From assembly GCF_006345805.1 (NCBI RefSeq), contig NC_043002.1, forward strand, positions 83,142,001 through 83,206,000: a stretch of 64,000 bases of DNA, given 5' to 3'. Positions 61,001 to 64,000 of the stretch are shown piece by piece (positions within the stretch are counted from its first letter, which is position 1; every line of letters begins with the position of its first letter). The DNA is from Octopus sinensis. Its lineage: Eukaryota. The position numbers were made by a program, and so were the translations under genes. The notes beneath the pieces are model-generated. The model worked only from the letters and a program-made list of their open reading frames with translations. It was not told the origin of the DNA and made no database searches.

Positions 61001-62733
61001 CAACTAAATTGAAAATCTATTTCATCCCTGGCGATATCAGCAATTCTGAAAACATTTGGGTGTAAATTTTACATGAGTAGAAGCTTTTTTTTAACAAATT
61101 TTATCAGGAAAAAATCACCTGCATAAATTACACAGGTTTTTATATTATATCTATGTATGTATATATATGCGTGTGTGTTTGTGTGTGTGCGTGCGTGGAT
61201 CAAGGATATTTGCTGCCATGTAGTTTATGGCAACTTGGGCAATTGTCTTCTACTACATCCCTGGGCCAAGCAATGCCCTGAGAGTGGATTTGGTAGATGA
61301 AAACTGTGCAGAAGCCCATCATATATGTGGGTGATTGAGTCTTGTCGTATTTGTTCCCTCCACCTCCACTTGAGAAATGGCTTTGTTATGTTTATGTCCC
61401 TGTAACTTAGCAGTTCAGCAAAATAGACAAATGGAATAAGTACCAGACTCAAGCAGTATGGTTAATTATAATTAAGTGCCAATTCTTGATCAGTTAAAAC
61501 TCTTGAAAATAGTGTCACAGCATGGCTACTAACCAGTAACTGAAACCAGTAAAAGAATGTGTCTGTATCAGTGGTTCACAAAGTGGGCAGCACTGCTGCT
61601 CCCCTGGGAAACCATTGGGGCGATGGATGTCAAGAGCAAACAAAATAATGGGTTAACTAAGTTAAGCTTTTTGAAATACAGCTGTTTTGAATTTGCTGCA
61701 GGAAATCATCTACGTTTGTGGTGGTGGTGGTGGTGGGGGGGGGGGTGCACTAGGAATATGGTCTGCATGTCAAGTGAATGGCAGCACAAACATGGTTGAG
61801 AAACTTTGGTTTATATGAATGCCTAGATGTGCATGTTTTGGCTATTTCATTAAACTACATCTGGTAATGAGGCCTTGGTTCAGAAGTTCCAGGATTTTGA
61901 GAGGTGTGGAACCACCTGTTGGTCACTACTCTGACCCTGAATAGTAGCACTCGTCAAGGTTCTAGCTATGGGCTAAATAGACAGTAACCACCTGAGCCAA
62001 TGTACATGCGATGAAATCATAGGATGCAGCGTTATTGATATGAACTATTTCAGCAGAACTTATTGAGTTAGTAGCAAATATCATCAGACACTGAGCAAAT
62101 GAACAGACAGCAAACTATCAACAGCCAAGATCAATCTGTTCACTTAGTGAACTATTGCCATCATCAGTAGTCACGGTAAGAGCATATATTTCAACTAGCA
62201 AAGGACCAACATGATTTATTGGTCTGGGCAAGTTGCCCGATTCAGATGGAGATGTGCATATGTTTTTATAGATATGGCTGTGCACAGATCTATGTGTATG
62301 CATAGATCTGTGTATGCAATGATAAGCATTGTCAGTAAATATGCCTGTGTGTCTGTGTTGATATGCATGTATGTGCTTGTGCTGAATTTGTGTGCATATG
62401 TTTACATATGTTTATTTGTTGATATTCTTAATGATTTCTTATCTCCCACAGGAATTACTGGTGTGATGTTAATAGTCCTTGTCTGTGTTGTATATATGTT
62501 TGCCACCCAGCAGAGTCGACGTTATATCTTCAGTGCATTTTGGCTTACCCATAAACTAATAATACCCTTGTATATCATTACAATACTTCATGGTAGTGCA
62601 GTGGTTGTGCAGAGACCAATGTTTTGGGTCTATTTTATTGGACCAGCTATTCTTTTCAGTATTGATAAATTGGTGAGTTTAAGCCGAAAACGTACAGAAA
62701 TAAGTGTTATCCGAGCTGAGAAACTGCCCAGTG
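6037..62733 (+). CDS. DUOX: Dual oxidase (peroxidase-homology domain + TM + EF-hands + NOX ferric reductase TM region); 26 exons traced, 5' and 3' ends outside the traced model
   Basis: Manual splicing of 26 AG/GT-bounded exons gives 3645 nt with consistent phases and no stop. Motifs seen: [67 protein letters not shown]-hands, [39 protein letters not shown]. Exon numbers below count only traced exons. Confidence 0.97.
7004..7235 (-). mobile_element. SINE family B
   Basis: Reverse complement of 731-961. Confidence 0.85.
7452..7613 (+). CDS. DUOX: DUOX exon 2 ([20 protein letters not shown]...[10 protein letters not shown])
   Basis: ctctag/gtaaat, phase 1-1; PNARHIS and NKTALF motifs. Confidence 0.93.
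7815..8022 (-). mobile_element. SINE family B, head-truncated
   Basis: Homology to 731-961. Confidence 0.8.
9709..9896 (+). CDS. DUOX: DUOX exon 3 (EFLTLEV...[16 protein letters not shown]...SPNNPRKQ)
   Basis: attcag/gtaaga, phase 1-0. Confidence 0.95.
10142..10477 (+). mobile_element. hAT/Charlie-type MITE
   Basis: TAGTGGTTCTCAACC ... GGTTGAGTACCCTTG termini; imperfect 8-bp TSD. Confidence 0.65.
11174..11586 (+). mobile_element. tRNA-derived SINE family A (GGAGTGGCTGTGTGGTAAG head, internal TA/TG tract, GTAAAAGAG tail)
   Basis: Full copy; over a dozen homologues in the window. Confidence 0.85.
11809..11880 (+). repeat. Minisatellite, 3 x 24 bp (AAAACAGTCAAACAAAGGTACCTT)
   Basis: Directly visible. 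Confidence 0.95.
12683..12890 (+). CDS. DUOX: DUOX exon 4 ([15 protein letters not shown]...ASKYW)
   Basis: ctacag/gtaagt, phase 0-1; animal heme peroxidase Ca-loop-like motif TSFLDGS. Confidence 0.95.
13329..14403 (-). mobile_element. Tc1-family transposon, inactive (transposase pseudogene, one TIR)
   Basis: HTH plus DDE-like translation; FSDES mutated to FSEDS; TGG>TGA stop after HLV, then a 1-nt frameshift before the [10 protein letters not shown]-like segment; TA+CAGGGGTTGGACAAAATAATGG end at 13329; other end truncated. Confidence 0.93.
15148..15352. repeat. Complex (TA)/(TG) microsatellite with recurring TATATATTTATATG unit
   Basis: Directly visible; explains overlapping spurious I/Y/C/V-rich ORFs. 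Confidence 0.9.
15569..15674 (-). mobile_element. Truncated copy of the 2726-3132 MITE left end
   Basis: 106-nt reverse-complement match including the TIR. Confidence 0.85.
15785..17560. mobile_element. Decayed Penelope-like element region
   Basis: 38-bp perfect inverted repeat 15932-15969/17011-17048 containing CTGACGA; remnants resembling a GIY-YIG C-terminus (SFKIIG...IEGLIIK) near 16710-16850; segment 17220-17560 recurs at 48480-48800. Confidence 0.5.
17018..17191 (+). ncRNA. Hammerhead motif with 12-bp stem II and 123-nt loop
   Basis: CTGACGA 17022-28; GGCCTATGGTTA pairs with TAACCATAGGCT 17164-75; GAA-ACAGCTGT-A; stem I only 2 bp. Confidence 0.55.
17982..18145 (+). CDS. DUOX: DUOX exon 5 ([13 protein letters not shown]...FFRWHNYL...[10 protein letters not shown])
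   Basis: tttcag/gtaaat, phase 1-0. Confidence 0.95.
18292..18683 (-). mobile_element. SINE family A
   Basis: Reverse complement of 11174-11586. Confidence 0.85.
18297..19131 (+). repeat. Copy 1 of an ~0.83-kb intronic duplication (copy 2 at 25843-26663)
   Basis: Includes 349 bp of non-SINE spacer identical except about 5 substitutions; copy 2 lacks 14 nt. Confidence 0.92.
19394..19436 (-). ncRNA. Minimal type-I hammerhead motif (left arm of palindrome)
   Basis: Exact reverse complement of 19479-19521. Confidence 0.78.
19479..19521 (+). ncRNA. Minimal type-I hammerhead motif (right arm of palindrome)
   Basis: CCAC-CTGAAGA-TTGTC GATCAA GACAA-GAA-AC GATT GT-A/GTGG. Confidence 0.78.
20877..20937 (+). 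CDS. DUOX: DUOX exon 6 ([20 protein letters not shown])
   Basis: ttatag/gtaagg, phase 0-1. Confidence 0.94.
20969..21500 (+). mobile_element. Same TTAA MITE family, interrupted by the Helitron
   Basis: TTAA-CCCCTTAG start; homology resumes after 21319; right end decayed. Confidence 0.6.
21017..21318 (-). mobile_element. Non-autonomous Helitron (302 bp)
   Basis: Minus strand A|TCTTTATATATAAAA ... hairpin CCCGAGCAACGCCGGG ... CTAG|T. Confidence 0.82.
22847..23066 (+). mobile_element. TTAA-flanked MITE (piggyBac-type)
   Basis: TTAA-TCCTTTAG ... CTAAAGGG-TTAA. Confidence 0.75.
23150..23246 (+). CDS. DUOX: DUOX exon 7 ([14 protein letters not shown]...[10 protein letters not shown])
   Basis: tattag/gtaatt, phase 1-2. 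Confidence 0.93.
25307..25367 (+). CDS. DUOX: DUOX exon 8 ([21 protein letters not shown])
   Basis: ttatag/gtaagt, phase 2-0; LRxCNxFW motif. Confidence 0.92.
25824..26215 (-). mobile_element. SINE family A (part of the duplicated block)
   Basis: Shares diagnostic variants with 18292-18683. Confidence 0.85.
26700..27131 (-). mobile_element. SINE family A
   Basis: Homology. Confidence 0.82.
27191..27293 (+). CDS. DUOX: DUOX exon 9 (DYLKEY...[22 protein letters not shown])
   Basis: tattag/gtgaat, phase 0-1; GMxSQxAE motif. Confidence 0.92.
28706..28878 (+). CDS. DUOX: DUOX exon 10 (GRNHGTL...[17 protein letters not shown]...NPE)
   Basis: ttctag/gtaaga, phase 1-0. Confidence 0.95.
28945..29105 (+). 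mobile_element. SINE family B, tail-truncated
   Basis: Homology to 731-961. Confidence 0.8.
29722..30118 (-). mobile_element. SINE family A
   Basis: Homology. Confidence 0.82.
30467..30682 (-). mobile_element. TTAA-flanked MITE, same family in reverse orientation
   Basis: TTAA-CCCTTTAG ... CTAAAAGG-TTAA; internal homology to 22847-23066. Confidence 0.78.
31427..31470 (+). ncRNA. Minimal type-I hammerhead ribozyme motif, intact core, in DUOX intron 10
   Basis: ACTGTG-CTGAGGA-GGTC AAATA GACC-GAA-AC TTAT GT-C/CATAGT: stem I 6 bp (one GU), stem II 4 bp, GUC triplet. Confidence 0.8.
31566..31999 (-). mobile_element. SINE family A
   Basis: Homology. Confidence 0.82.
32196..32371 (+). CDS. DUOX: DUOX exon 11 (LIKNMES...[15 protein letters not shown])
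   Basis: tttcag/gtaaaa, phase 0-2. Confidence 0.95.
32732..33185 (-). mobile_element. Solo LTR (454 bp) inserted into an old SINE
   Basis: TGTA...TACA ends, TAAG TSD at 32728-31 and 33186-89; SINE sequence continues across the TSD. Confidence 0.78.
33743..33861 (+). CDS. DUOX: DUOX exon 12 ([14 protein letters not shown]...[10 protein letters not shown])
   Basis: ttacag/gtatgc, phase 2-1. Confidence 0.9.
34385..34800 (-). mobile_element. Penelope-like 3' remnant with degenerate hammerhead (34385-34430)
   Basis: Reverse strand TCT-CTGGTGA-A-GGGATAT CCCTA ATATCCC-A-GAAACAGTTTTA/AGA; core mutated. Confidence 0.45.
37052..38111 (-). mobile_element. Decayed Chapaev3/Transib-related (CMC-type) DNA transposon
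   Basis: Fragments [57 protein letters not shown] with stops and frameshifts; CAC...GTG termini flanked by TAA on both sides. Family assignment from motif memory. Confidence 0.7.
38177..38314 (+). CDS. DUOX: DUOX exon 13 ([17 protein letters not shown]...[21 protein letters not shown]), start of TM helix
   Basis: tttcag/gttagt, phase 1-1. Confidence 0.92.
38439..38985. mobile_element. Inverted pair of a tRNA-head + hammerhead SINE-like element (arms 38439-38671 and 38753-38985)
   Basis: 233-bp arms reverse-complementary with scattered mismatches; A box TGGCATAGTGG and B box GTTCGATTCC; hammerhead-like cores at 38488-38533 (-) and 38891-38936 (+). Confidence 0.7.
39218..39581 (-). mobile_element. 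SINE family A
   Basis: Homology. Confidence 0.82.
41184..41312 (+). CDS. DUOX: DUOX exon 14a ([43 protein letters not shown])
   Basis: ttctag/gtaatg, phase 1-1; end of TM helix plus basic juxtamembrane segment. Confidence 0.88.
42696..42794 (+). CDS. DUOX: Candidate alternative exon 14b (partial duplicate of 14a)
   Basis: First 86 nt match 41184-41269 with 2 substitutions; own tttctag acceptor; weak phase-1 donor G/gtttca at 42795. Confidence 0.4.
42896..43095 (+). CDS. DUOX: DUOX exon 15 (VLEWIEHPE...[12 protein letters not shown]), PH-like domain
   Basis: tgacag/gtaaat, phase 1-0; LIKVPxxYDL motif. Confidence 0.94.
44654..44839 (+). CDS. DUOX: DUOX exon 16 ([10 protein letters not shown]...[21 protein letters not shown])
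   Basis: tcacag/gttaga, phase 0-0. Confidence 0.93.
45322..45689 (+). mobile_element. SINE family A, head-truncated
   Basis: Homology. Confidence 0.8.
47399..47482 (+). CDS. DUOX: DUOX exon 17 ([14 protein letters not shown]...MLDFEMSK)
   Basis: tttcag/gtaagt, phase 0-0. Confidence 0.9.
47536..47820 (+). mobile_element. tRNA-derived SINE, separate family
   Basis: TGGCCTAGTGGTTAGAGC A box and GGTTCAAATC B box followed by non-tRNA body. Confidence 0.6.
47900..48800. mobile_element. Penelope-like remnants (3' region + hammerhead, then a second family fragment homologous to 17180-17560)
   Basis: Hammerhead at 48222; 48480-48800 aligns by eye to 17230-17560. Confidence 0.45.
48222..48353 (+). 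ncRNA. Hammerhead motif with long-loop stem II
   Basis: CACT-CTGAAGA at 48226; stem II AACC..GGGGCA pairs with TGCCTC..GGT about 80 nt later; GAA-AC GGCA GT-A/AGGG. Confidence 0.55.
49167..49302 (+). CDS. DUOX: DUOX exon 18 ([10 protein letters not shown]...EF-hand 1 [12 protein letters not shown]...FTK)
   Basis: atttag/gtaagt, phase 0-1. Confidence 0.95.
49775..49868 (+). CDS. DUOX: DUOX exon 19 ([16 protein letters not shown]-hand 2 [17 protein letters not shown])
   Basis: ttgtag/gtaagt, phase 1-2. Confidence 0.95.
51102..51523 (+). mobile_element. Probable solo LTR
   Basis: TGTAGT...ACTACA, TATA-like tatttaa, AATAAA; no TSD found. Confidence 0.5.
51594..51792 (+). mobile_element. SINE family B
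   Basis: Homology to 731-961 with internal deletion. Confidence 0.8.
51873..52048 (+). CDS. DUOX: DUOX exon 20 ([15 protein letters not shown]...YINFEEF...SINWK)
   Basis: ctccag/gtgatt, phase 2-1. Confidence 0.92.
52270..52727 (-). mobile_element. CR1/L2-clade LINE 3' fragment
   Basis: Translation [42 protein letters not shown] matches the CR1/L2 RT C-terminus. Confidence 0.85.
54732..54762 (+). CDS. DUOX: DUOX exon 21, 31-nt micro-exon ([10 protein letters not shown])
   Basis: ttgtag/gtaagt; supplies the phase 1-2 bridge needed between exons 20 and 22. Confidence 0.8.
56416..56624 (+). CDS. DUOX: DUOX exon 22 (SEKTTQQ...[16 protein letters not shown]...FAERFY)
   Basis: tttcag/gtaagt, phase 2-1; ENYRxHI motif. 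Confidence 0.93.
56925..57140 (-). mobile_element. SINE family B
   Basis: Homology to 731-961. Confidence 0.8.
57368..57598 (+). CDS. DUOX: DUOX exon 23 (YSVENEH...VTRGAAA...[10 protein letters not shown]...FHKLVAW...FT)
   Basis: cttcag/gttagt, phase 1-1; first heme His (FHK). Confidence 0.96.
57700..58205 (+). mobile_element. SINE/retroposon family C with internal ~60-bp tandem units, AGGAAGGGCATCCAGCTGTAGAAAC motif and (GAT)n tail
   Basis: Related copies near 28390-28530, 33990-34290 (-), 46110-46435, 24420-24600 (-). Confidence 0.7.
58566..58938 (+). mobile_element. SINE family A
   Basis: Homology. Confidence 0.82.
60233..60323 (+). CDS. DUOX: DUOX exon 24 ([18 protein letters not shown]...NIVFR)
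   Basis: taacag/gtaaga, phase 1-2; second heme His (LHV). Confidence 0.93.
60551..60600 (+). CDS. DUOX: DUOX exon 25 ([16 protein letters not shown])
   Basis: ccacag/gtaaga, phase 2-1. Confidence 0.92.
60720..60978. repeat. Complex (TG)/(TA) microsatellite
   Basis: Directly visible. Confidence 0.9.
61569..61808 (+). mobile_element. hAT/Charlie-type MITE
   Basis: CAGTGGTTCACAAAG ... GGTTGAGAAACTTTG; flanks GTCTGTAT/GTTTATAT (6/8). Confidence 0.6.
62452..62733 (+). CDS. DUOX: DUOX exon 26 ([10 protein letters not shown]...FWLTH...ILHGS...DKLVSLSRK...AEKLPS)
   Basis: ccacag/gtaagt, phase 1-1; heme His pair 13 residues apart. Confidence 0.96.
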
Positions 62734-64000
62734 GTAAGTTCTTTATGATCCCTATTTACTTCATGTAAAAAAAAAACAGTGGATGAGAGGCAATATGCCT
62801 TTTTGTAGAGATAGGTGTTAGAGGATTTGCTGAAGCCAGAATTTACTCAATGCTCAGGAGTTTTGGACTATCTATTCAGGACACAAAAGATGTTGCCAGA
62901 AAATTGTCAAACTTTTGAGAAAGCAAGCTATCACATTTGTCTTGAGTGAGGATGAGTGGTGCAATGCAAATGAACATCAAAGATGGTAGGAACATCTGGC
63001 CCAGATGTTGAGTCCTCTGACTAGCAAATCTCATGCTGCTGTATGGTTTTGTTGCCTACATCAGTGGGTGACCTTAGGCAGCACTGTAGGTGTTTCTGCA
63101 AAGAGGGCCTGAAAAACCTACAGAGCTGTTTCATTGTCTGATGAGATACCAACTCCTCTATTCAGAAACAGGATACAGCAGCACCCTCAGCATGCAAGTG
63201 TTTACCCGAAACATGTGGCCTAGTGGTTAAGGTGTTTTTGTTCATGATCATAAGATTGAGGGTTCAATTTCGGGTAGGGCAGAGCATTGTGCTCTTGAGC
63301 AAAGCACTTCAGTTCACATTGATCCAATCTACTCAACTTTAATGAATAGCAGGTTGATGTTGGTGCAATCCTCTTTCCTTACAGCTGGATGTAAGGAAAG
63401 TTGCTCCACTCAGTGTGAAAGGGCCAAGAAGCTGTTTGAGTCTTAACTACACAGACCCTAAAACTATTAGCAAAAGTATGGCATATGTTACCAAGCCATA
63501 CTTAGAGTAACAAATGGTTGTGGTTTATCTCTGTTGATGAGCATTTTCTGCCTAGTTATTTATTAGAAAGCAGAAAAAAATGTTTTAAAGAATGCTGTGT
63601 TAAAAACACAACAAATGTCAGAGGGAGATGAAAATCTTTCCTGATAGCAGCCAATGAGAATACCATATACATTTTGACCTTCCTTTGGGTGTGGAGAAGC
63701 CTTCCTAATGCACATACTTGCAGCCAACCACATACTTGAATGAGAAATTTTCATCTCTGATATAGGAAAAAGTGAACAAAACATTCAATGATGTAGCAAA
63801 TGGTTATCACAACACATCCTTAAGAGATGTTATATTGGGACAAATACTATAGTAGCTCGGTTATCAACAATGTGTATACATTAAGTATAATACAGAAATG
63901 GCTATTTTAATTTAATACTGCTTCAAGTGCATATACTAAATTTCTATTCAGCCAGGTTGCTATTCATAACATTAGTGAACGCTTTATTTACTTTCTACTA

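Noticed and set aside
62211-62451. N-terminal part of the 185-aa ORF
   Set aside because: Intronic low-complexity read-through; the real exon starts at the ccacag acceptor (62452)

Overview
AT-rich, microsatellite- and SINE-dense animal genomic DNA. The repeat repertoire resembles an octopus or other coleoid cephalopod; this is inference, not a database match. Nearly the whole window is one + strand dual oxidase (DUOX) gene. I traced 26 GT-AG exons from 6037 to 62733 that join phase-consistently into an open frame of 1215 codons: peroxidase-homology domain, TM helix, cytosolic/EF-hand region and ferric-reductase TM region. The signal-peptide exon is unresolved. The FAD/NADPH-binding exons lie beyond the window, which ends in a likely acceptor tract. 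The protein shows striking substitutions: the conserved O2-site His is Tyr, EF-hand 1 is degenerate, and the peroxidase catalytic residues are gone. The TM/juxtamembrane exon has a near-identical partial duplicate with its own acceptor. The introns contain about ten Penelope-type minimal hammerhead ribozyme motifs on both strands. These include an intact unpaired sense-strand copy, a 156-bp-arm palindrome with one ribozyme per strand, long-stem-II variants, and a tRNA-head plus hammerhead SINE-like element in inverted tandem. Also present: an 0.83-kb intron-to-intron duplication, Tc1, Chapaev-like, CR1/L2, Helitron, MULE/hAT/piggyBac-type MITEs, solo LTRs and many SINEs.
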